This document shows positions 38,713 through 50,243 of a DNA stretch of 64,000 nt, piece after piece (the stretch's first letter is position 1; the number at the start of each line of letters is the position of its first letter). Location: assembly GCF_964213995.1 (NCBI RefSeq), contig NC_135817.1, forward strand, positions 50,282,001-50,346,000, read 5' to 3'. The notes under the pieces were generated by a model, which saw only the letters and a list, made by a program, of their open reading frames with translations, ran no database searches and was not told the origin of the DNA. The stretch is from Mustelus asterias (lineage: Eukaryota). Both the position numbers and the translations under genes were made by a program.

Positions 38713-38896
38713 TGAAAAAGTCTGACAAAGGTTTTCTTAAAATGTTCTGTTTTTCTTGCAAATGGGATTGCAGCATGTGTCAGGTCATGTGTATGCTTGG
38801 GTAAATTATGTATTTAGCATTTAACTGGAAAATAGTGAACATAATTAGCATTACACAAGAAAGAAGGAAAACTAAATTTAAAGCAAGATCACCAAG

Positions 38897-39220
38897 GGAG
38901 GCAATGATCGCTAGACTATTAATCCAGAAATGGACCCGGGTTCGAATCCAGCCATGGTAGATTGTGGAATTTGAATTCAATATAAAAAATATCTGGAATT
39001 AAGAACCTACTGATTGATCTTGAAACCATTGTTGGAAAAACCCATGTGGTTCACTAATGTCCTTTAAGGAAGGAAATCTGCCTTCCTTACCCAGTCTAGC
39101 CTACATGTGACACCAGAGCCAAAACAATGTGGCTGATTCTCAACTGCTTTCTCAACAAGGGCAACTAGAGATGGGCAATAAATGCTGGCCAGACACTCTA
39201 ATCCTACGAATGAATAGAAG
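38897..39220 (+). mobile_element. tRNA-derived SINE downstream of the ATG3 stop
   Basis: B box GGTTCGAATCC; LINE-like tail GGGCAACTAGAGATGGGCAATAAATGCTGGCC, related to the LINE remnant at ~58600-59235. Confidence 0.65.
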
Positions 39221-40399
39221 AAAAACTGAGGGGGAACATAATTCTATTCCTCTATCATTGAGCTGGTGCCTATCCTTAGTATTAGTTGTTCCATTGATTG
39301 TCAATATGTCATCATGCTTGACAATACTGCGTCAGCAAAACATTAATTGCTTGATTTTTAAAAAGATTTTGAATGAACAATATTGTGGACTGTTTGAGAT
39401 GGATTGAAAATTGTAAATTAGATACAAGACCAACGAACTCTGCAAGATGCCTTATTTTTTACTGCCATTAAAAATGTATTATTGAGTACCTTCTGCAATT
39501 CTGAACTATACAATTTCACAACATATTCAAGAACGACCTGTCATTACATGAACTATTATTTTTCCATGGTGTTTATTTCAATTTTCATCTTGCATTTATA
39601 TAGCACCTTTAATATAGTAAAATATCCCATGGAGCAATACCAAACAAAATTTGGCCCCAAGCCTCTCAGATGTTAGGACAAATGGAGACAGAACTAACTT
39701 ACAACAATTCATTGCTCAGTAGAATAATCTTTGTAAGCTTCAATTTGTTGCTTTGGTGAGCTTGTATGTTTACGAATGTAAGCACAAAATACTTTAATTT
39801 TCCAGTGTTATTGGTTATTCCTTGATCAAACCAAATACTGATTAAAGTTTTATTTGCTGCCTTAAAAATGTATTTAGTATATGGATCTCTGGAGAAAACT
39901 CCACTGCACCAATGTGGTATTTCTATTTCCTATATCAAACATTCTGCAGTCCTTCTGCCTGAGCTTTCCAATTTAGTACCAACCTGTGTCAAAACACACA
40001 ATTGTGAAATAAAACATAGATTAATAAATTTCCAAAAACGTGCTCAAAACCTACAACAGCATGATCGGTATTGAATTATATAGCAATAAAATGGAGTGTG
40101 TTAATATAACGAAAAATAAGTAAATCATAAAGAAGGTGATAGATGTGAATGTTGGGCATAAATCAAAACAGTGAGAAGAGCAATGAAATAGTAAGAACTT
40201 AGCCATTTGAAATCTGTTTTAATATTAATACAAGTATTGCAGATGAATATTTGAATGAAAAATGTGCACCTTTGTGTAATTTCTCTGCAATCTCCCCTCA
40301 TACCCTTTCCAAGCTTATCTTTTCTATGAAGCCCATCTCTTGCTCCATTGACTGAATTCCCACTAAAATATTGACCACCCAACTTTCCTTCCTGGCCCA

Positions 40400-41580
40400 C
40401 ATGTGGTTAACAGAACACTCTCCTCAGATACTTTTCCCCCTCCCTTTCAAATTTGTCATCATTCTTCCCTGTCAAGAATAATCCTTGGATGTCTCTGTCT
40501 GTTACCAAGCCACCCCATCAGTACCTTCAAAGTCCTTGAACGCACGATCACTTCCCAAATCCTTGCCCATTTTCCCCTGGTCTCCATGTTTGAAGCCCGC
40601 CAATCAAGTTTCTGTCACCATCACAGTCTTGAAATAGCCCTTCTCAAAGTCCATGATATTCTGTGTCACCATGTATACCTCATCCTCCTTGACCTATCTG
40701 CAATGTTTGACATGATTGACCACACTAACCATCTCCATCGTCTCCCCATTGTCCAGCTGCGTGGGACTACACTTGCCTGGGTCCATTTGTATCTATCTAG
40801 TCATAGCCAAGTTTCCCTTCCCACTCTCACTCCATTTGGTCTCCCAAGGATCTGTCTTTGACCCCCCTCCTATGTTTCATTCACATGTTGGTCTCAGCAG
40901 TAGCATTTGAAAACATAGCATTGGTATCCTGTACGCTGAAAACAGTCAGCTCCATCACCATTACCTCTCTCCACTCAAACATTTCCAACTAAATATCGGT
41001 ATGATTAAAGCCATTGTTTCAGTTGCTGCCAGAAACAACGTTCTGTAGCCCGCAAGTCTGTCTCCATATCTACCTCTTGTTGAACCAGACTGTTCACAAA
41101 CTTGATCCAAAGTGAGATTTCAACCAAATATCTGTAAAATACTAGAACACACCATAACATTGCTCAACACCACTCTATCTTAGTTCATCTGCTGCTGAAA
41201 AAACTCATACATGCATTTGTCACCTCTAGACTACCTACTTCAATTGGACTCCTGGCCTATCTTCCACCCTCCATAAACTTGGCTCATCCACAACTCTGCC
41301 CAAATCCTAACCATTGCCAAGCCCTGTTCACACATTATCCCATTCTCACTGACCTACGTGACTCTAGAAATAACAATTTCTTGATTTTAAAGTTCTCATT
41401 CTTGTTTTCAAGTCCATCCATAGCCTTACCCTATATCTCACCTCCAGCCCTATAACCCTCTGAAATATATGAACTCCTCTTGTGCATCCCAGATTTGAGC
41501 AGTTCCACCTCTGACAATTCTGCCTGAGCCCAACCTCTGGAATTGCCTCCCTAAACCTCCCTGGCTCTTTACCCCTCTGT
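40400..41580 (+). mobile_element. Degraded L2-type LINE RT fragment
   Basis: LILLDLSAMFDMIDH..LHRL and SQGSVFDP motifs. Confidence 0.7.
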
Positions 41581-42599
41581 CCTCCAATTGAAGCCCAAAG
41601 ACAAATTTACTCCTGTGCTAAATATGAACATGCCATCTGCCTTCCCAATTGCTTGCTGCACCTGCATGCTAGCTTTTAGTGACTCATGAACAAGGACACA
41701 GGTCCTTTTGGACACCAACATTTCCTAACCCCTCTCCATTTAAAAATAAACCGTTTTTTTATTGATAACTTCACACTTATTCACGCTATAATTCCATCTG
41801 CCATATTCTTGCCCATTCATTTAGTCTGCCAAAATCCCCTCAAAGCCTCCTTGCATCCTCCTGCAACTTATATTCCCACCTAGTTTTGTGCCATCAGCAA
41901 ATTTGAAAATGTTGCAGTTGGTCCCCAATTCCAAATCATTTATATGGATTGTGAACAGCTGTGGCCCCAGTAGTGATGCTTGTGGTACCCTACTAGTAAT
42001 AGCTTACCATCCTGAATGACCCATTTATTCCTACTGTTTTCTGCCTGTTAGCCAATTCTCAATCCATATCTGTATATTACTCCCAATCCCATATGCTGTA
42101 ATTTTGTTTACTGGCCTCTTGTGTGGGCCTTCTGAAAATTTAAATACACCACATCCATTAGTTTTCCTAATCTATGCTCAAAAGAAAAACTCCAGTAGGT
42201 TTGTTGAATGTGATTTCCCTTCCATAAATCCATGTTGACTGCCCAACCCTGTCATTATTGAGAAAGTAGAATATAAATAAAGGGCTAACTCAGAAAATAT
42301 GGGTTAGCATAGCTTAATAAGGGTTAGAGAGGATAGCATGACTTGAATAAAATGAAGGCATACAAATAATGGAATGTTCTTGGGGGGAGGGGGGGGAAAC
42401 AACAGATTCATAAGTAATTTAATTATGGGAGTAATTGTATTCTGGTAAAGACCTATTGGGTAAACAAGGTAGGAAATCCATTGTATTGAGGAATGTGATT
42501 AGATCTGTACAAAATTGAATATATTCATCTAATTAGATCTGTGTAAAAGACAGCTGATGTGATTACATCTGCACAGACTTGAATATACTCGTATGATCT

Positions 42600-44040
42600 T
42601 TGATTTGATTTATTATTGTCACATGTATTAACATACAGTGAAAAGTATTGTTTCTTGCGCGCTATACAAACAAAACATACCATTCATAGAGAAAGAAACG
42701 AGAGAGTGCAGAATGTAGTGTTACGGTCATAGCAAGGGTGTAGAGAAAGATCAACTTAATGCAAGGTAAGTCCATTCAAAAGTCTGACAGTTCTTGAGTC
42801 GGTTGGTACATGACTTCAGACTTTTGTATTTTTTTCCCGACAGAAGAAGGTGAAAGGAAGAATGTCCGGGGTGCGTGGGGTCCTTAATTATTTTGGCTGC
42901 TTTGCTGAGTCAATGGATAGGAGGCTGGTTTGCGTGATGGATTGGGCTACATTCACGAGCTTTTGTAGTTCCTTGCGATCTTGGGCAGAGCAGGGGCCAT
43001 ACCAAGCTGTGATACAACCAGAAATAATGCATTCTATGGTGCATCTGTAAAGGTTGGTGAGAGTCGTAGCTGACATGCCAAATTTCCTTGGTCTTCTGAG
43101 AAAGTAGAGGTGTTCGTGGGCTTTCATAACTATAGTGTCGGCATGGGGGGACCAGGACAGGTTGTTGGTGATCTGGACACCTACAAACTTGAAGCTCTCG
43201 ACCCTTCCTACTTCGTCCCCATTGATGTAGACAGGGGCATGTTCTCCTTTACGTTTCCTGAAGTCGATGACAATCTCCTTTGATTTGTTGACATTGAGGG
43301 AGAGATTATTGTTGCTGCACCAGTTCACCAGATTCTCTATCTCATTCCTGTACTCTGTCTCATCATTGTTTGAGATCCGATCCACAACGGTGGTGTCGTC
43401 AGCAAACTTGAAAATCGAATTGGAGGGGAATTTGGCTGCACAGTCATAGGTGTATAAGGGGTATAGTAGGGGGCTGAGAACACAGCCTTGTGGGGCACCA
43501 GTGTTGAGGATGATCGTGGAGGAAGTGTTGTTGCCTATCCTTACCGATTGTGGTCTGTGAGTTAGGAAGTTCAGGATCCAGTCGCAGAGGGAGATGCTGA
43601 GGCCCAGGCCGTGGAGTTTGGAGATGAGTTTTGTGGGAATAATGGTGTTGAAGGCTGAGCTGTAGTCAATAAATAGGAGTCTGACATAGGTGTCCTTGTC
43701 ATCTAGGTGTTCCAGGGTTGAGTGCAGGGCCAGGGAAATGGCGTATGCTGTGGACTGTTGCGGCGGTAGGCAAACTGTAGTGGATCCAGGTAATCCGTTG
43801 GGCTGGAATTGATTCGTGCCATGACTAACCTTTCAAAGCACTTCATAATGATGGATGTCAAAGCCACTGGCCAATAGTCATTAAGGCACGCTGCTTGGTT
43901 TTTCTTGGGTACCGGGATGATGGTCGTCTTCTTGAAGCAGTAATGGACCTCAGATTGTTGTAAAGAGAGGTTGAAGATGTCAATGAATACCCAGCCAGCT
44001 GATCCACGCAGGATCTGAGTGCACGTCCGGGTACTGTATC
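42600..44040 (-). mobile_element. Rex1/Babar-type LINE, 5'-truncated
   Basis: [25 protein letters not shown]; [19 protein letters not shown]; LYFLRR; tail AATAAATCAAATCA. Confidence 0.85.
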
Positions 44041-44780
44041 GTCCAATCTGTATAAAAGACAGCTGTAATAGAACAAGTTGTGGCAGATCCTTCTGAGCAC
44101 TCCCAATAGCCATTGTAAGCGCAAAATAAAGTAATATTATGTGGATTTGCTGCGATGTAGGTTCTTTAAAATTTTTCTTGAACATATTTTCCAAGTCTCT
44201 AATTATCATATCTTTTATAATATTATGAACCCAGCTAATATTACTGGACAAGTCCGATTCCAGAGGGGAACCTGGCTTGATAGATCCTAACTTTTTTGAA
44301 ACCATGAAGGAAAGTTACTGAATAAATTCACAGGAGCCTCCTGATCAACTTCTAACACAAAGAATAAAACTTTTATTAAACAAGAAAAATTGAATTATGC
44401 TACACCAGACAAATAGTTTGGAAAGATCTCAAAAACGCAAGAAAATGATTCAAATATTCACTATTCCTTCATCCCCACAATATCTTTACAGACACCTACA
44501 AATTGGGAAAGATAAAACAATTTTACCATATCTATCTTATACTCTAATATTCAGGGTAAGTACGCAGTACATGTGAATTAAGAGGCAAACTGTAAATTAT
44601 GGATGCAACCAAAGCAGATTTTATGGATCTCTCAACAGCCCACCCAGGCACTTGTTATACTGTGAGTCAACTGGCCTCACTGAAACACACTTTCTCACAA
44701 GAGTTTTCAATCTCCACATTTGAGGAGCTCACCTTGGAATTCTCTCCAAACGTTGTTCCTCCTCAGATGGCTTAAACAAG

Positions 44781-45280
44781 AAGCAAAAGAGAAAATGCGA
44801 GAAAATCTCAGCAGGTCTGGCAGCTTCTGTAAGGTGAGAAGAGCTGATGTTTCGAGTCCAGATGACCCTTTGTCAAAGCTAAAAGGCATAGAAAATGGGA
44901 GATATTTATACTGCAGGGTGAGAGAATGAAAGATGAGTTATTGCCACAGAAACCAGGGGAAAAGACTGCTAATGTCTGTCCACAGAGAGAATAGAGTGTG
45001 TGAATGGCCAAATGGCAGAGAAGCTAAAATGAAGATGTTGCGTTTTTATTGAGATCTTTCCCCTCCCCTCCCCTGCTTTCCGTGGCTATGACATCTTTCA
45101 TTCCTTCACCCCGCAGTATAAATATCTCCCATTTTCTATGCCTTTTAGCTTTGACAAAGAGTTGGCTGGACTGGAAACATCAGTTCTTTTCTCTCCTTAC
45201 AGATGCTGCCAGACCTGCTGAGATTTTCCAGCATTTTCTCTTTTGGTTTCAGATTCCAGCATCCACAGTAATTTGCTTTT
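44781..45280. mobile_element. Penelope-like inverted insert (second family), 14-bp TSD ATGGCTTAAACAAG
   Basis: Inverted arms at ~44785-44970 and ~45070-45245; TSD at 44767-44780 and 45281-45294. Confidence 0.75.
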
Positions 45281-45774
45281 ATGGCTTAAACAAGGATCCG
45301 CCTCCATGGTTTCAATCTCACCTTCTGAGATTCTTTTCCCCTGGATCTCTGAGTATTTGCAAACTTTACCTTCCAAGCACACTTTCAGATCTTCAGCCAT
45401 GCCAAACAGAACACCACTGCTCTAAAAGGGTAACCATTCAGAGTGAGAAAAGCACTTTCATTTTGCTCCTGAGTGACCAACATCTCAATTAGATCACCCT
45501 TCAAGTTCCTACATTCAAGAGAATACAAGTCAGGTTTGTACAACTTGTCCTTGTAATTTAAATCTCCAAGGCCTGCTAGCACCCTGATGAATATGCTCCA
45601 AGGCCAGTATAACCTTTATGAATTAGTGTCCAAACCCAAACACGACTCCATTGGGCTTGGTTGAGTTTGATGTATGACTTCCTCCCCTTCGTATTTCAGT
45701 CTCTTTGAGGTAGAAGCTAACTTTGCAGAAGCTTTTTTTAATGGAGATTTATCTAAAGTCCTATTATATTTTCA

Positions 45775-46060
45775 TAGGTTTCATAGAATCCCTACAGTTC
45801 AGAAGGAGGTCATTCAGCCCATTGAGTCTGTACTGACCACAATCCCACCCAGGCCCTATTCCCATAACTCTCATTTACCCTGCTAATCCCCCTGATACTA
45901 GGGTCAATTTAGCTTGGTCAATCAACCTAACCTGTGCATCTTTGGAAACCCACGCAGACATGGGGAGAAAGCGCAAACTCCACAAGACCGTGACCCGAGG
46001 CTGGAATTGAACCTGGGTCCCTGGCGCTGAGAGGCAGCAGTGCTAACTACTGTGCTGCCC
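45775..46060 (-). mobile_element. HE1-like SINE, CR1-type tail
   Basis: Reverse complement of the 5703-6030 type. Confidence 0.8.
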
Positions 46061-46164
46061 AATATCATTATTTGCTTTTATTATACATAATACGTTAATC
46101 TCCTTTATGTATTTTTAGTTTCCTTGAACCACTGGCAAGTTATCCTTTTCCTTTACTTTGAAGA

Positions 46165-48810
46165 CTGCGTGGGTTTCCTCCGGGTGCTCTGGTTTCCTCC
46201 CACAGTCTGAAAGATGTGCTGGTTAGGTGCATTGGCCATGCACAATTCTCCCTCAGTGTACCCGAACAGGCGTCGGGGGATTTTCACAGTAACTTCATTG
46301 CAGTGTTAATGTAAGCTAATTGTGACACTATAAAATAAATTTTAAACTCCAGCACTGGTGATGTTGGGGAGGGGGTGGATTATGGGTAGGTTTTCAACTA
46401 AATAACTTTTTAAGCATGCCAAGTGGAGAGAGCCAGACAACCTCAATTGAATTTACATTTACAATTCAAAAGAATTTACGGCTAAAAATGTAACTTCCAA
46501 ACTCCTCATGAGGCACATAGGTGAACCTGTGCTCTGCCACTTTGTGATATCCCAGCCAATCACATCAATAGATGGCTGATTATGGACTGAGCTCCCACAT
46601 TTGGATTTTATGCTTCCGATGTGCGTTGGCAACAAAAATGTTGACCCTTATTTGTACAGCTGCAGTGGGTGAGTTAAACATTAATTGTTGTTCTTGAATG
46701 GAAAAAAAACTCAAGCATGTGATGTAACAATTTTATAATCTAATAGCGTATGCAATTTTCCTTAATCCAAAAAGATATGCTTTCCTCTGTTTTCTGCTTG
46801 GCTAATCCATTTTTCCCAAAAGCAGGAGAAAGGAGTTGTCCCACAATACATGCCAGGCGTTGGCACACTCCACATTGCTTTGGATGTCTTCCTGAGGTGG
46901 CACTCGAGCCTGCAGCATGCTAATCCTGTGGAGGAATGAGTAGGTCTGCTCTCCACTACATTTTCCTAAGATGTTTATTTGCTTGGGTTGAGCACTTTGA
47001 AATGTACAATATTCCAACAGGAAACGCTGGAAAACACTCAGCATTTGTGGAGAGAGATGCAGAGCCAACGTTTGAGGTCCATAATCTTCAATCAAATCTG
47101 GGGGAAAAAGATAGCTAATTTGAAATTGTAATTGAACTTATATTTTTATCCAATACCACAACCGCAGAAAATGCTGGAAAAAAATCAGTCGGTCTGACAG
47201 CTTCTGTGGAGAGAGAATAGAGTCAACATTTGAGTCAGTGTTTTTATATTTTTATCCAACATGTTTCTTCAGCCGCAACCTGAAATGTGCCATTATGTTT
47301 TTATGATTCCGGGTTCCTTTCTCCTGGGCTTGTGCAGATGTTGCACCCGAAGTTCCGACGGAGCATCAGGAGATGGGCGGCACGGTGGCACTGCTGCCTC
47401 ACAGTGCCAGGGACCCAGGTTCGATTCCTGGCTTGGATCACTGTCTGTGCAGAGTGTGCACGTCCCCGTGTCTGCATGGGTTTCTTCCGGGTGCTCTGGT
47501 TTCTTCCCATAGTGCGAAAGACGTGCTGGTTAGGTGCATTGGCCATGCACAATTCTTCCTCAGTGTACCCGAACAGGTGCCGGAGTGTGGTGACTATGGG
47601 ATTTTCACAGTAACTTCATTGCAGTGTTAATGTAAGCCAATTGTGACACTAATAAATAAACTTTAAACTTAAACTCCAGCACTGGTGATGTTGGGGAGGG
47701 GCGATTATGGGTAGGTTTTCAGCTAAATAACTTTTTAAGCATGCCAAGTGGAGAGAGGCAGACAGACAAACTCGATTGAGTTTACATTTACAATTCGGAA
47801 GAATTTATGGCTAAAAATGTAACTTCCAAACTCCTCATGAGGCACATAGGTGAATCTGTGCTCTGCCACTTTGTGATATCCCAGCCAATCACATCAATAG
47901 ATGGCTGATTATGGACTGAGCTCCCACACTTGGATATTATGCTTCCGATGTGCATTGGCAACAAAAATGTTGACCGTTATTTGCACAGCTGCAGTGGGTG
48001 AGTTAAACATTAATTGTTGTTAAAGAAAAAACTCACGCATGTAATGTAACTTTATTTTATAATCTAATAGCATAAGCAACTTTGCTCAATCCAAAAAGAT
48101 ATACTTTCCTGTTTTCTGCTTGGCTAGTCCATTTTGCCCAAAGGCAGGAGAAAGAAGGTGTCCCACAATACATGCCAGGTGTTGGCACACTTCACATTGC
48201 TTTGGGTATCTCCAAGGCATGCCCTTCCTGAGGTGGCACTCGAGCCTGCAGCATGCTAATCCTGTGGAGGAATGAGTAGGTCTGCTCTCCACTACATTTT
48301 CCTAAGATGTTTATTTGCTTGCGTTGAGCACTTTGAAATGCACAATATTCCAACAGGAAACCCTGGGAAACACTCAGCATTTGTGAAGAGAGAGACGCAG
48401 AGCCAACGTTTCAGGTCCATAATCTTCTCTCAAATCTGGGGGGGAAAGGATAGTTAGCTAATTCGAAATTGCAATTGAACTTGTATTTTTATCCAACACA
48501 ACAACAGCAGAAAAAGCTAGAAAAAAATCAGGTCTGACAGCATCCGTGGAGAGAGAATAGAGTCAACGTTCGAGTCAGTGTTTTTATATTTTTATCCAAC
48601 ATGTTTCTTCAGCTGCAATCTGAAATGTGCCATTATGTTTTTATGATTCCTGGTCCTTTCTCCTGGGCTTGTACAGATGTTGCACCCGAAGTTCCGGCAG
48701 AGCATCAGGAGATGGGCAGCACGGTGGCACTGCTGCCTCACAGTGCCAGGAACCCAGGTTCAATTCCTGGCTTGGGTCACTGTGTGTGTGGAATCTGTAC
48801 GTTCTCCCCA
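46165..48810 (+). repeat. ~1.3-kb tandem duplication (46165-47471 and 47472-48810) with breakpoints inside SINEs
   Basis: Collinear copies, e.g. 46345-47375 versus 47673-48712. Confidence 0.92.
47376..47672 (+). mobile_element. HE1-like SINE, tail B, at the tandem-duplication junction
   Basis: Full head, core and tail B; a partial copy lies at 46165-46345. Confidence 0.85.
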
Positions 48811-49217
48811 GTGGTTCCCTCCCACTGTCCAAAGGTGTTGTTCCATTGTTCCACTGGAACAAGCTGAGAGGGAGTGATTAGAGGCAGCAGTGCTGGTGAG
48901 AGATTAATTGAATTGTTTATTTATTTAATTAGTCAGCTAAGTGGGTGTTTTTTTTGGCCTTTACTTTTGCAGTAGAATTTTAAGTTTAAAGTGAAAACTG
49001 GAAGTGGGCTGCTAAGGAATCTGGGAAGGGTTTTTTAAGCGCGTGAAGTATAAAAGGTAGGCTGCAGTATACAGCGGGCAGTGTCGGGAGCGGGCAGTGC
49101 AGAGTGTGAGCTATAAGGGCTTTGGCTCACAGGGCTTCGGCGAAGGCGAGGAAGGTTGTTTGGTTTTCTTCTGTTACACCCCCTTTTTTGTTTTATCTCC
49201 CAAAAACTAAAAAGGAC

Positions 49218-50242
49218 ATGGCTGGTATGAGTGGGAGGACAGTATACTGCATTTGGTGTGGGATGTGGGGGTTCCTGGAGACGACTTGCCTCCCGGAAGT
49301 CCATATCTGTGCCAGATGTGTGGAACTGCAACTCCTGAAGAATCGTGTAAGGGAGCTGGAGCTGAGGCTCGATGAACTCAGTTTAGTTAGGGAAAATGAG
49401 AGATTAATAGAAGTTATAGTCAGGTAGTGACACCAGCGTCTCGGAAGGAAGATACGTGGGTCACAGTTAGGAGGGGTAATAGTCAGAAGGGTGATGTGCC
49501 AGAAAGTACCCCAGTGGCAGTCTCCCATAAAAGAAAGGGATGGGCAACAGATGGGAGAAGGGAAGGGAGTGAGCAGTCTGTGGAGGGATCCCCTGTGGTT
49601 GTCCCCCTCCAAAATAGGTATATTGTTTTGGATTCTGTGGAGGGGAATGACCCTCCAGGGGTAAGCCACGAGGACCAGATCGCCTCCACGGAGACAGGCT
49701 CAGGGGTCCGGAAGGGAAAGAAGGGGTTTAGGAGAGCGATAGTTGTGGGGGACGCAATGGTTAGAGGCACGGACAGGCGGTTCTGTGGGAGTGAACGAGA
49801 ATCCAGGATGGTAGTCTGCCTCCCTGGTGCCGGGGTACTGGATGTCTCCGAGAGGGTAGGAAGCATATTTAAAAAGGAAGGTAGTCAAACGGATGTGATT
49901 GTACACATTGGTGAAAATGATGTAGGTAGGAAGAGCAGGGGGGTCATACGAGAGAAATTCAGGGAGTTGGGTGCTAGGCTAAAAAGTAAGGCCTCCAGGG
50001 TAGCAATCTCTGGACTGCTCCCGGTGTCTAGTGCAAGTGAGGCTCAGAACAGGGAGATTCTACAGTTGAACGCGTGGCTAAAGGACTGGTGCAAGAGGGA
50101 GGGTTTTAAATTCATAGATAACTGGGAAATCTTCAAGTCAGGATGGCAACTGTTCAGAAAGGATGGGTTACACCTCAACTGGAAGGGAGCAAATATCCTG
50201 GCTGAGAGTTTTGCTAGAGTGTTTCGGCAGGATTTAAACTAG
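49218..50242 (+). pseudogene. CR1 ORF1 (zinc-finger CxxC..CxxC, coiled coil, SGNH esterase), frameshifted near 49410-49427
   Basis: MAGMSGRTVYCIWCGMW...CARC...LELRLDEL, then a stop at 49427; continues in another frame to IVVGDAMVRG...DGLHLN. Confidence 0.85.
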
Positions 50243-50243
50243 T

